DNA of 64,000 bases from Oculina patagonica (Eukaryota). The notes beneath the pieces were generated by a model that worked only from the letters and a program-made list of their open reading frames with translations, did not search any database and was not told the DNA's origin. Positions 1 through 13,300 of the stretch are shown here, piece by piece. The number at the start of each line of letters is the position of its first letter. Within the stretch, counting starts at the first letter, position 1. Made by a program: the position numbers and the translations under genes. The DNA lies in contig NC_135760.1 of NCBI RefSeq assembly GCF_052425735.1, positions 14,384,001 to 14,448,000 on the forward strand, in the 5' to 3' direction.

Positions 1-200
1 CAATAGGACAAAAGATTGTCTTTTCCACCAATAGAAACGCCGCTTAGACAAGTGTTCAAAGTCCACGGGCATAAATTTACAAAACATTTGTAAATCTGAA
101 GTTTGTTCTTCTTTAGTATTTTTACGGAGAAGCGTCTCCCTGAGTAAGGATTTCCAAGTCTACTAGAGTCGAGTTTTAAGTTTTTTCGATCTTTTTCACA

Positions 201-2591
201 ATGTATTCCAAACATCAGCGATTCGAAGGAATCAAGAGGAACTATAGCCCAGAGACTGTCGAAAAGCTCCGCGGTTCTTTAAAGATCGAGTACACTTTGG
301 CGAGGCGAGGCACAACAAAACTCTGGAATTACTTGACTCGTGGAGGAAATTCTTACATAAACGCTATGGGAGCCCTAACAGGTAAGAAAACGTCGTTTTT
401 ATCGGAATTCCCAGTCCGTATCCTCGATGTCTATTTTGACGCAGGGCCGAGTTTTTGCTCCACGTGAAAGCCACTCTCTTCCCAAATATGGTGAATGTTA
501 CGATGTGGCGCGCAATTTGCTTGGGATTTTTCCGCGAGCGAGTTTGACAAGCTCGATCTCTTGAATTTAAATGCCTTTTCATCTTTTTTCACTAGTTTAT
601 TGAAAATAACTCTAAAAAAAATTTACGATACGATTTTTTCACGGCCACGTCAACCCAAGAAAATCGAATGACGTGGAAATTTAGCGGAACGGCAAATGAA
701 CTTTGGACTGAGATGTGAAAACCGGTGAAGACTGATGTGACTCGACAATTTTCCACTCGATTTCCTTTCAAAAACTTAAATGCCGACTTCAAAACAAAAC
801 CGCAAAAAAATATTTTTAGATCGGATGAACGGACTAACGTTCAATGATCATCTTTACGGGAGGCGAATGACGCATTTTGACTCGATGGAATTCGACTCGA
901 TCACCCTCTTAGATCGCATCGCATCAGGAAAAAAAAAAAAAAATAAGCTTAATTATAATGAAAGAAGACTTAACTTATCAAATCTAACACGATTTTTTGA
1001 TCTAATATTCTGGCAAAGTAGAAGGAAAAAAACTGAATAACTTTTTATTTATTTTTTTTTGTTAAAAAGAAATATATTGATTAAACATGTTTGTGATTTC
1101 AGGCGGCCAGGCGGTACAGATGGCCAAAGCAGGCCTAAAAGCCATCTACCTGAGTGGCTGGCAAGTTGCCGGGGATAACAATCTTGCTGCACAGACATAT
1201 CCTGATCAGAGCTTGTATCCCGCTAACTCTGCACCTAAGCTAGTGGAGCGTATCAATAATGCCTTCATCAGGGCAGACCAGATTGCGCACATGGAAGGAA
1301 CTGAAAAGCACATTGATTACTTTTTGCCCATTGTTGCCGACTGTGAAGCTGGATTTGGGGGACCACTGAATGCATTTGAACTCACTAAGTCCATGGTAAG
1401 TTCCTGGCTTTTAAAACTTTTATTGACCTACATGTACCTTAAGATTAAATTTTTATCTCCAAATATACCCTCATTTCTACTTCAACAGCTTTTTCTCAGC
1501 AATTAAAATTGGGTCACCAAATGCCAAGTGAAATGATCTGTGAAAGTTTAGCTTACTCTATTAATGATCACTAAATATTATGTTGACCGAAGAACCCTAT
1601 CAAGTTGTTGGTTGACGAATAAACAGGGGTGAAGATTAGGGTTAAGTCAAGTCAGTACCCTTAGTGCCAGCCGTTTTTGTTTGCTATGATCTTTCACACC
1701 TCTGGTATTTTATCAGTCAAGTACATTACTTACAGGTTAAAAAATAATTTTTGGCTAACAACTCATGACTTCTTTTGTCAACAGATTGCAGCAGGTGCTG
1801 CCGCCGTTCATTTTGAAGACCAACTGGCCTCAGAAAAGAAATGTGGCCACATGGGAGGAAAAGTTCTTGTGCCGACTCAGCAGTTCATCAAGGTGTTGAA
1901 TGCAGCTCGATTGGCTGGCGATGTTTTGGATGTCCCTATTGTCATTGTTGGCCGCACTGATGCTAACTCTGCCGCCCTGGTCACGTCAGATATTGACCCG
2001 TATGACAGGCCATTCCTTACAGGCGAGAGGACTCCTGAGGGGTTCTTCCGTGCGAAAACAGGTTTAGATCAAGCCATTGCTCGAGGACTGGCCTATGCAC
2101 CTTACTGCGATGTTCTGTGGTGTGAAACTGGCAAGCCAAACCTGCAAGAAGCAAGAAGATTTGCTGAAGCCATTCACGCACGTTACCCTGGAAAAATTCT
2201 TGCATACAACTGTTCCCCATCATTCAACTGGAAAGCCAATCTCAGCGATGCAGAGATTGCAGTGTTTCAGAAAGAACTGGGCAAAATGGGTTATCGATTT
2301 CAGTTCGTTACCTTGGCCGGATTTCACTCACTTAATCACGCCATGTTTAAGCTCGCACGTGATTACAGAGACAATGGCATGTCTGCCTACACTAGGATCC
2401 AAGAAGATGAGTTTGCGCAAGCTAAGCATGGTTTCACAGCACATAAACACCAGAGGGAGGTGGGCACAGGGTATTTTGACAAAGTGTCCATGGCAATCAG
2501 CGGAGGAACAAGCTCGACGACAGCACTGAAAGGATCCACAGAAGAGGAGCAATTCACCCAGAAGCCATCATACGCTATGGCCAAACTTTAA
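201..2591 (+). CDS. ICL: Isocitrate lyase (glyoxylate cycle), 3 exons: 201-381, 1103-1395, 1785-2591; ~426 aa; ends in PTS1-like AKL
   Basis: GT-AG splicing joins GALTG|GQAVQM and TKSM|[13 protein letters not shown] in frame. Contains catalytic [43 protein letters not shown] and [11 protein letters not shown]. Length matches the short bacterial AceA type. Confidence 0.96.
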
Positions 2592-4071
2592 GGCTGCACT
2601 TTAAGACACTCATTTTTTTTTTCTTTCACAAACATTCAAAGGGAATTTCAAGTGGTTTTTAACTTTGCTCCACAGTTTATTGTGGTATTCTTTCCCAGTA
2701 TACCACATATTTCATTGTTGATAGTCAGACTATTTTCATTTTCATGTTAATCAATACAGAATGACTATTCTGTATTTATTTAGATCTCTGATAAACACAA
2801 AATCAACTACCAGAACATTAGGATCTAAAAGAATTTTATTATTTGCTCAGTATTGGAGTATGGCTTTGCTATTTACCGGTATTGCTTACGCTTTGTAAGA
2901 AATTTAACTTTCGTAATATTGCTCATTAAGGACTTGAAACTTATCAATTTGAGCAGTTTAGGTTAGAAGTTTGATGTTAAGATTCCATGTATGAAAACCA
3001 AGCCTTCAATTTTTGTTATTAGAAGTGACTTTACAGCTTTGTTACAGCAAAACCGTGTAGCTGAAATTCTAGACTCCTTGAAATTTATTACACAGGAGCT
3101 GGCATTAGTTTAGAATAAGTATAGATGTTGGCCAACAATTCATCCTGGAATATAAGATGAGAAACTGGAGATGAAAGAAAGACAGAGGATGAGTTAGAGT
3201 TGAAAATAATATTAAATATTAATATTTAAATAGTTTTATGGATACTTGGAAAAATCTAATCCTATGCATTTAGGTTGCAGTCTAAGGATTTTTGTAGATT
3301 TTGTGATCTGCAGACTTAAATAAAAATGCTTTAAGCCAAGCATAAAATATAAATATTGCCTTCCTTTACTTGACTAAATATTATTGTTATTAAATACAGC
3401 AAATCCAATTGTTTTAAATATTATTTGTCCACACAGATAATTGAGATCACTGACATGCAGCATTTCACTTGTCTCCTCAAATCTAACTCAAAAAAGTGAA
3501 CCCAGAAAAGAACTTGGTTTAGTCATTTGTCATCTACCGGTATTATGGAAGAAAAGATCTGATTCTTACTGTAAAATTATGAAAATAAACCCTGGGCTTA
3601 CATTTGCTCAATATCCCTGTCGGGAGGGGGTGAATAGGTTCGAGGATTGACAGATTTTTTTGCGATACATTGAGTGGATTTGCAGATTCCAAGAATACAG
3701 CGAATCACTGATAAGCTAAGAATTTTGGCGCTGATTCCGGACTCTTCATGTCAAGAAGTTTAGATCATGAATACTAAACAAAAGTTTGGATCACTTTGGT
3801 CAGTCGTCGTCAATATGTTATATTGGTGGAATTGTCGCAAAAACAAGCTAATAAAACAAAACTCCTTAAAAAAAATAACATAAAAAAACTCCATCTACCA
3901 TACGTCACAGTAAAACTATACCACACAAAGTTTTTAAGTACCGTAAATGTGGATTTGAACAAAAATAGTGGTGGATTGTCAGATTTGGCCAAAAAAATAG
4001 CACAGATTGGTGGATTTGCTTACCCCTATTCACCCCCCTTCTTTCAAGTCCACGGGCTTTCTTTTGGAGGG

Positions 4072-4250
4072 AGTTCATAATTTATATGATGGAACTTATT
4101 TTCAGAAGGATTTTTGCATCTGAGATTTGAATTGGGGGGGGGGGAATCTTACAGTAAGAATCAGTTCATAATTTATATGATGGAACTTATTTTCAGAAGG
4201 ATTTTTGCATCTGAGATTTGAATTGGGGGGGGGGGGGGAATTTAACAGTA
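4072..4250. repeat. Tandem duplication of a ~90-bp unit ending in a poly-G run, just 3' of the YdjC stop
   Basis: agttcataatttatatgatggaacttattttcagaaggatttttgcatctgagatttgaattgggg... occurs twice in succession. Confidence 0.85.
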
Positions 4251-7200
4251 TCACAATTCCTTAAAAGAGCACACCCTTATATTATTAGATTTTAGGTACT
4301 CCTTGAGGTCATAGCTCTTAAGAATTGCCAATTCATGCTCCCTATCATCAGAGCAAGCAAACAAATCAGGTCCCTCACCACACCCTCCACTCCCTGTAAT
4401 GCTTTTATACCCAGGATGCACCATGAGCTCACAAACAGTTTTAAAATCTGCTTCTGTGACGTCATGTTGCTGTTGTTGTATGAATGCACTTTCTATAGAT
4501 TGTTTAAGACTTGAAAGTGTCATGTATTTTCCCATGGTGCTAAGACCAATAAAATGATTTGGGAACCTGCAAAAAAAAGGAAATAATTTTAGTAAATTAA
4601 AATACTTAAAGATGATTTCTAGTCCGTACTGCGCAGACTCAGGGTTTGTATTCATTTTTGTTTTGAATTCGTTGAAACGTTACACTTCGGTGATAGCGTA
4701 CATGAAGTTTTTTAGTTCGCCATTACGGATCGTTTCGTTCAAGAATTCATGATGAACTAAAACGTCCGTTTGAAATACCATCGAGCTTCTTTTACTCGTT
4801 ATTATTGTTTTGCAAGGATATCTGGCGTTAATAATGAAGAAAAAGGTAAGTTTTGTCCCGGAATTTTTATTTTTGCTAGTAAACATTCTTCTGTTTGTGA
4901 GATTCACAAACATTGCAGGCGGAGATTGTGCAGTACGGACTGGAAATCATCTTTAAGGCAATGTATCACACATGCTATTTACCTTTGAAGAGAAAAATTA
5001 AATAATAGTTTAAGCAGTATCAACTCTTCATCTTCAAAAATTGATTAGGTTTAAAAGCATCTGCATTTAGGCTATGAACCAGGGAGTATATGTTGTGGTT
5101 CAAATTCTTTGGTTTAAAATTTTTCAAACCAGTTTGCTTTTTATTTCCCTTGGTCTCAGATTATGATAATGGACATGAGAATCAAACTGTTTTAACAAAT
5201 TTTAGACCAAAGATAAATTTAAACCACAACATGTAGGTATACTCTGGGTATAATCAAATATTCAAAATTTCTTTTCTCAAATTCACAGATCATAATTTTA
5301 TTAGCTTTTAACATATTACCTTATTCCGTGGCAAGAGAAAACTTCTTTGGCATTTTCTGCCTCTGTTATGACAGATTTGAAGAAGTGTTTTCTTGGTTCT
5401 TCTATCCACGCACATTCATCTAAGTTTTCTTGCACAGGTATTCTTGTCCAGTGAATTCCATTCTTTTTCATGACTGTGGCAAGAATTTCACACACTTGTG
5501 GTATCACATGAACATGTTGATGTCCATCAATATGCGTAGGTGATGATCCAACAATGTCAACAAACCACTGCAACTGAGCCTGTATTTCCTGTTTAACCTG
5601 CCTTGTCAAGAAAAAGATAAAATACATGAGCTTGCCAAACCATAAGATGAACTCTCCACACATGGTGTACATAGAAAAGAATCTATCTCAAAGTGATCCG
5701 ATCCACATCTAATTCTCCTTACAATTTTAACACTTTGTCATCAAGCAGAGAGGAAATAAGCATCAAGAAATCAACATGTAATTGCACATGTTAATCAAGT
5801 TTACACAACCTAGTGATACAGACACTTTATTGAAGTTTGGGAAAACTTAATGCACAATTCTGTAGATGCCATAGATCATGCCCAGGGGAGGGGGGGGGGG
5901 GGGATCCTCCGGCTTGTAAATGACGGGGATGATCGAATGGCGGCAAAACTCAGGACCCCAAAAAATCCCCAAGTCTTCCGACATTACCCAAAAAAATCCC
6001 TGGACCAAAAATAACCCCCAAAAAATCCTTTGTCAAATTACCCCTAAATTGCCAGGAGGGGTAATAATATAACACAAAGAACACTCATTTTATTTATTCA
6101 TCATACCATAACTACGCCAAGGCCGCGCCAAGGCACTTTATTAATACCCAAAAAAATCCCCTATTTAAACCAGGTCACCCAAAAAAATACTTGACAAATT
6201 TTCCAACCCAAATAAATCCCGGAATCGAAAATTTCAAACCCAAAAAAATCCTTCGATCATCACCGTCATTAACAAGCTGGAGTACCCCCCTGCCCGGGGG
6301 GGGGGGTACTCCCTAAAATTTACCACGGGGGTGTGCCGCTGAGTCTCTGAGACTCTGGACCTGTTCCAGAGAAAAAAAGCTGAATTTGCGACCCTGTTCC
6401 AGACAAACATTGCAAAATAGGTACCCTGTTCCAGACAATATCCACAATGGAAATATATGTAGATAGATATAAAAACACTAGCGTATACATCACACAAAGC
6501 GTTCACTCTGGCTCACTTGACTTCTTCTGTGGCTCGGAGATAAAGCGATTAGAGGAGCAGAGTTTAATAGCCAAACTTGATCGTGTTTAATCATGATTCT
6601 GGGTAAAAAACGACCCTGTTCCAGAGTCAGAGAGGCAAAAAGCATACCCTGTTGAGCGGCACATACCCGTATAGCCCTTATATGGGAGTACCCCCCAGGC
6701 CCCCCTGGGAGATCATGGCGGTTATAAATCCCATTTCCCAGCTAAAATTTAGCCCAAATCCCATTTCCCAGCCTCCATTAAGCCCAAATTGCAGTTACAG
6801 GCCCATTTTTGTTGGTGATTCCCAGTCCCATTTTTCAGTGAAAATTTTGTACGAAATTCCAGTTCCCATTTTACCCCCTTCAGGCCCCTCTATTAAATAT
6901 TTAAATATAAAGTAATTTTAAATAAATTTACCTCATCCAAATCAATTTTTCCACTTTTAAAAGCTTCCCTAAATCCGAACTTGCCTCTCATGTAGCCGTT
7001 CTTTGCCGTAAGTGAGTTGTGACTTGTTTTCATTGGTCGGCCCTCAGTCAGATTGAGGTGAAGACCAAGGGGTATCCCATGCTCCTTAGATAACTTTACT
7101 GCTTCTAATGTCTTATCTGCGTTTACAAGGAGAGAAGCACTCGAAACTACTCCAGTTTGAAAGGATTCTACTATACCACGGTTCCTTTGATCACAATATC

Positions 7201-7261
7201 CAAAATCATCAGCATTTATAACGAGTAAACGTGTTCCATTGTCCGCAGACTTAGCCGCCAT
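4251..7261 (-). CDS. YDJC: YdjC/ChbG-family carbohydrate deacetylase, 3 exons: 7261-6932, 5597-5320, 4566-4251; ~307 aa
   Basis: Motifs INADDFG, GLHLNLTEG, THIDGHQHVH, ELMVHPG; canonical splice sites keep the frame (330+278+316 nt). Confidence 0.93.
4610..4952. mobile_element. Non-autonomous DNA transposon (MITE), TTAA target duplication and AG...CT termini (Kolobok-like), in YdjC intron 2
   Basis: ttaa|agatgatttctagtccgtactgcgca ... tgtgcagtacggactggaaatcatct|ttaa; ~26-bp TIR with 2 mismatches. Confidence 0.7.
5091..5231. mobile_element. Short MITE with TGT...ACA termini
   Basis: tgttgtggttcaaat ... atttaaaccacaaca inverted ends. Confidence 0.5.
5880..6700. repeat. Two adjacent dispersed repeats/MITEs with poly-G/poly-C ends; related pieces at ~9670-9890 and ~47396-48320
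   Basis: Shared blocks gacggggatgatcgaat, ttcgatcat(c)cccgtca, accctgttccaga and ggcaaaaagcataccctgttgagcggcaca...tatgggagta recur in the window. Confidence 0.65.
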
Positions 7262-7334
7262 TTTGATTTTTGTAAACAATGAGAACTGGTCAGCGGAAAA
7301 CAAACTAGTGCCAGATTCCTGACCGAGAATCAAC
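7262..7334. promoter_or_regulatory. Putative bidirectional promoter between YDJC and PIGS (73 bp between start codons), YY1-like ATGGCG motifs
   Basis: Divergent ATGs at 7261 (-) and 7335 (+); aaaATGGCGGC and aacATGGCGAA. Confidence 0.6.
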
Positions 7335-10300
7335 ATGGCGAACGGGGAAAAAGATAGGAAAGGTGAGTAAGAAATGAAGGACTTGTTGCGCGCAAAATAT
7401 TTTAGTCAGTTAAATCGGAGGCATTTTTTCAATCTATTTACATGTTAGACGTTACAATATTATGGATGATTATTCAATATTATGGCATAGTCAACACTAC
7501 TTTACTTTTATATAAAAGTCTACTGCAGTCTGTTTTTATTATTATTCATGACAACTAGCTACTTGCAATTTCTGTTGATTTGGGCCTGATGGAACATGTA
7601 GTACTTTGTGATAGAGAAACACGTCTTCCCATAGTATAATACACTGTCAGATAGTTCAATGCCCCCATTAAAAATTTGAAATTGCTGTATATCAACCTCA
7701 TATTAAACTGCTGGTAAACTTTAATGAAGTTTGTACAGCCCTGTTCAAACACTATTGCAAACCAAGTGGTACATCTCTTCTGAATTATTAGTTGCAATTT
7801 AAAGACTTTAAAATCTCAAATAATAATTACCGGTATTTCAAGGGGGCCGAGCAAGGGGGGGGGGGGGGGGATTTCAAGGGTTGTGATTTTGTAGGATGCA
7901 TGATACAAGTGGAGAGATAACCCTTCCCCAAACAATAACTGACTATAACCAAGCTAAGCAAACTCAAACCAAGCCAACCTTTACTTTTGTCCAAACCAAT
8001 TACAGTCAACTCCCTCTATAACAGACTCCTTTGGGACCATCATTTGCTGCCCGTTATACAGGAAGTCCATAGTAACAAGAGTTATTTTTACTAATTTTTA
8101 TTCGCGAGGACTTCAACTCCTGTCCGTAAAAACAGGGTGTCTGTAATAGCGAAGTGTCTGCAAGGCAAGAGTTGACTGTATACTGTATTGGTACACACAA
8201 TGGCATCCAGCATTCTGGATTATGTGTCTTCCAAATGCAGTCATCAAATCAAGAGGAACCATTTTTAATACTTTGAATGATGGTAATAATTTATTACAGC
8301 TCTGATAGAGAAGAGGACACAAGCATTGGTTTCACTTAGCGTAGGAGTTATTTTTATTTGTGTTGGTCTTCCTCTTTGGTGGAACACAACAAAAGTGTAC
8401 AGAGCATCCCTTCCCTATGCTGAGATAGAGGAGCTCAACCAACTCAAGGTATCTTGAATAACTAATTTGAACAGTAGCACACAATAGTGGAATGAAATTT
8501 AGTCTTCGAACACACTGCTTTCTCACAGGTTGTTGAGTAAGAAGCACATTTGGCATGTCACCTTGAGACATACTCTCCTAACAAATTTTAATTTTGTTTG
8601 ATTATGCTGAACTTATAGTGATAATAATGATGATGATGATGATTGAAGATGATGATAATGATGATGATGATGATGATGATGATACTTGACACATGGATAG
8701 AATAATAGCAATTTAGTATAACAATAACGAAGTTGTGCAATATTGAACAAAAAATATTGTTTCAGTGGCAGATATCTGTGACTTCTGATTTCGTGTAGGT
8801 GAGGTATGTAACAAACCTGAACGTTATTCTTCTGGGGCTTCAAGATCCTGTTGCTTTAAAAGAAGAGATTGAGAAAGAGCTTGGTAAAGAAAGGGGTAAG
8901 TTACCATATCTAGTGCTGACAAGTTATGTTAATATGTTGCAAGCACAAAAAGTTATTTGATTAAAATGTTTGTTACAACTGTGTTATGATATTTTGCTGT
9001 GCTCTCTCAGTCTCCTTTTCTACTTAGTATAAATTGAAATACTGCTGAACTTACATTAACTTTGCATTTAATGTCTTCATATTATGAATTATAAGAAGTT
9101 AACTTACCTCAAAAAATGTAGTTTAAAGCCTGAGTCTAACACACACTCATGCCAATCCTTTCTATGTATTTATTAAAGGCATGACTTTAATATTTTAATG
9201 CTGTTTTCAACCCTTTAGATGATTCTGTCATATCAGCTGACTATAAGCTGACAGTTGAAAAGAAAGAAATTTCAGATTCTGCAGCTGTATTCACAGAACT
9301 GAAAACCAGATCCTTGCAAGGTAAAGCAAACAAAATATAGTTTCACTTTGTCTTACAGCTCAGTTATCTTTTACCCACAAGAAGAATTTAACCTTTTTCA
9401 AAGGCACCAGACAATAATAATTATTTCTGCTTGTAAGCAAAGAACATACCATGTAGTGTAGCCAGTCAATATAACAATTGAAAGTAGGTGGCACTTTTTG
9501 TCAGGAGCCAGCTACATATGAAAACCCTGCAAATATTCAAGGCAAAATGCCAAGATTAAACCTAAAAAAACCTTCAGTTGGCAAACATGTGACCATATTT
9601 AATTTGTGTTATTCACTAAAAAATTTAGACATAGCAGCTATACTTGATCATGCTTAATCAGGATTCTAAGGAAAAATCGACCCTGTTCCAGAGAAAAAGG
9701 CTGAATTCTATACCCTATTCCAGGGTCAGGGAGGCAAAAAGCATGCCCTGTTGAGCGGCACATGCCTGTATAGCCCATATATGGGAATGCCCCCCTCCCC
9801 CGAGTCAGGGAGACAAAAGCATACCATGTCTAGTGGCACATGCCTAGTATATAGCCCATATATGGGAGTAGCCCCCCCCCCCCCCCCGAGGTCAACATTA
9901 ACAAATTATGTAACAAGCACAGACAGTGTATAATTTAAACGAGGTTCCGAATGTTTCTCATCAACAGAGTTAGATGATTATTTTCAACTGCAAGACAGCT
10001 CGTCAAATAAAGGAAGTCAGCATTACTCATTTTTTGTGCTACCTCATGAAAGTCCAGAGTCAAATGGCATTGATGCATCTGTTGGAAAATACTTTCATTG
10101 TATCTTATACAATGACAAAGGTAGGAAAGGTTTGAGATAGTTTAGGTTTCTGTCATAAGAATAAACCCTCTTAAAAAAATCAAATAATTTTTTCCCTTGA
10201 AAGGACATGCGTCCGACTAAGTTACCATTTTGATTGGACAAAACAAAAGTGAGGTCGGACGTCATCTTAAAGTACTGCTCCATATGTGAACCTGCTAATA

Positions 10301-13300
10301 TAATGCATTGTCAATGCGGAACATTGGTGTTTGCACTGGAACATTCTGTCTGACCACAGTTGGAATTTCATCAGACATTGGCAAATTGTGGTTGGCTAGT
10401 GTCCAATGTCGGACTGTTATTTGCAGCCCTGGAATTTGAAGGACTAAACAATAGAGAAATATTTAATATATGTCTGATAAAAGTGCAACACCCTCTAGGG
10501 AATTTGCTTGGTCCTGTAAAAAAGAAAATATTTATTTGATGTTTGTTTTTCAACATGGAACTCAGGTTATGCATCTAAAATGCATTATTTTGTAAAATGT
10601 CTACATGTACTCACAAGTAATTTTAAAATTTAAAAGTAATTTTAAAATTTAAAAATTTGTTTCTGTAGATTCTGCAAAGCTGGCTTCGGCAATCACTGAC
10701 GTTGTTAGGAGCATTTTTGTCAATGAAGAAGAAGTCAACAGAGCATTTAGTATGGCTTCAAAGAGGCAATTTGCAAAGGTGTGCAGTAACTATTAAATTA
10801 GAATGATGTGGTTTTGTCAAGCAAAATGCTGAGGGAAAAATTAAAAATTAAATTTGTGTATTTAACCCGTTGCCTACCAAGGACGTATATATATACGTCC
10901 TCTCTGTTGTCACGCAATGACCGAGGACGTATATATACGTCCTCAACCAAAAGACATCACTGAAAGCCTGGTTGTTCGCGATGCCTTGAATAAATCATCC
11001 CCGGTTGTTGAGAAAGGTCTGGCACTACTTTTGAAACACCGCTGACCCAATAAAATTGCTTTTTGCTCAGACAATGTACAAAATGGCGGCTTGTGTCACA
11101 GGCGGCCCAAGCTCTCTATCAGATTACCTTTGGACGTGACTCTTGCTTACGAGCGGTGTTGTGTTACAAAGATTCGATTTATAAGGGTTTGTATGGGAAA
11201 CAACGGTTTTGCTTTAAAAGTAAAAAAAATGTATATTTTGTGAACAAAGTTGACTTACTCTGATTCGTTGTTTCATTCTTCGTTGTCTGCCAGATTCTCA
11301 GGTCGATACAACGCGTTTTCGGCGAGTTATCGTTATTTAGGTGTCCACTGCTAAAATAAAGACAAGGCTGTACACTGATTTCCGGAGTGCCCGCCGCTCG
11401 AAGCGAATAAATCCTCTGAAATTAGTCCTGTTGACCCAATTCCTCCACAGAATCAAAGAAGAGATGTTGAAGTTCCATGTCTGTTCACTTGATTCGCAAT
11501 TCTGCGCTCAAACGCCTTCGCTACGAAAGCTTTTTTCCGAAATTTCTTCACTTCACAAATTCGAAATAGCCGCGTCCAAACTGGCGTGGACGTTCTCGTG
11601 GTTGGGTGACTATAATTAACCCGACGGGGGTGGACAGCATCGATTTGTCGCCGGTGCATAGCTGTCAACAAATCGATGCTGTCCACCCCCGTCGGGTTAA
11701 TTATAGTCACCCAACATGCTATGCGAACCACGAGAACGTCCACGCCAGTTTGGACGCGGCTATTTCGAATTTGTGAAGTGAAGCAATTTCGGAAAAAAGC
11801 TTTCGTAGCGAAGGCGTTTGAGCGCAGAATTGCGAATCAAGTGAACAGACATGGAACTTCAACATCTCTTCTTTGATTCTGTGGAGGAATTGGGTCGACA
11901 GGACTAATTTCAGAGGATTTATTCGCTTCAAGCGGTGGGCACTCCGGAAATCAGTGTGCAGCCTTGTCCTTGCCAAACGCGACTCTGATGCAAGCGATTT
12001 AAGTCACAGCGAACTAATGGCAAGTGATTCTGAAGAGTATGAACAAAAAGAAGAAGAAGGTGGCGACGAAGAAACCTCGATCGATCGAAGAAATTGAACC
12101 TCCAAATGCACATGGTCAAGGAGTTCGCCGGGGAGCTGTACGAGTCAACAGTACAGTAAGAGAATGCGGAAAAGGCAGAGGAACTCATTGTAAATGCTTA
12201 ATCTAGGTGTACTTTAATATTTTATCTGAAAAGATGCCATTGCTTAGCCAAATGTAGAATCTCATTAAAAATTCAATATGGCCGCCGGTCGCTTGGTGTG
12301 TTTGGCTGTGGTAGGCAAGGGGTTAATAAAACAAGTATAAATATCAAGTCTTTATTTCTGAGTTTTTGGTACCCTATGGCTTACAAGTCAATTTTGTTTT
12401 AGACTGATTCTAAAGGGTCTTTGTTTTAGGGACTAATTTCTTTTCTTCATTAACATTCCCTGAAAATAGTGTGTTTTTCTTGTTTCAACTCACTTGATTC
12501 AAGATGCTTGAATGTGCCATTATGGAAAGATGTCAGTTTGCTTATACAGAGAATCTCATTATTGAAAATATTATTTGACAAGGTTTTATATTAATGCTTT
12601 CCTAGGACACTGTGGAAAGTATGAGAGCCCAGAAGTCAATAACAGGTTTGAACTGTCAATTATAACATTATAACCACATAATCAGGATTTTTCTTTATAG
12701 TTTCCAGTTCTTTATGTATGCTTTCCATATAACTTATGACCTGTGTGTTGTGCAGTGTTAAAGACAGTTTAACCAGACAGTCATGAAGAATTTTAAAGTT
12801 AATTTGCTAAGCACAAATTAATGTAAGCTGTATGTATTACCGGTTGAGAGAGAGTATCTTAGCTTATTGATAAATTCCAATGAATATTTTCATATTTTTG
12901 TAGGTTTCCAGGTTTCTTTTACCCTCCTTAACTCTGATCCAGACTCTGTTCTGGCTGAATGGGATATTGAGTCTGCTGTACAAAGTAAGTCAAATCCTTC
13001 ATTGCTTGCTCACTTCTCTATTTGTTTGTTTATTTATTATTTTTTTATAGTTCTTTCCCTAAACAAATTTTTAACCCTGTTATCCAGAATACTTAGATCC
13101 ATTTTTGCTGAAGGTTCCTCATTTGGATATCACTGTGGATTCTCAGGTATTATTACTAGTTTCTCTTATTTTTTATAATTCAAGAATTTGATGCATATTT
13201 GAAGCACGGGGCACTCAGACTCACAATGCTGCCATTCAAATTTGTATGGAACTTTATGAAACATCGTCATTGAGTGGTTTTATTGTAGTTCTGGAACCAT

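Noticed and set aside
201-2591. Bacterial contamination as the source of the ICL gene
   Set aside because: Two GT-AG introns interrupt conserved motifs in phase, and the gene is contiguous with animal genes and repeats
8613-8843. Poly-His/poly-Ser ORF
   Set aside because: Translation of an intronic (GAT)n microsatellite
11341-12206. Several overlapping ORFs with duplicated peptides on both strands
   Set aside because: Explained by the DNA palindrome; no recognisable protein domain
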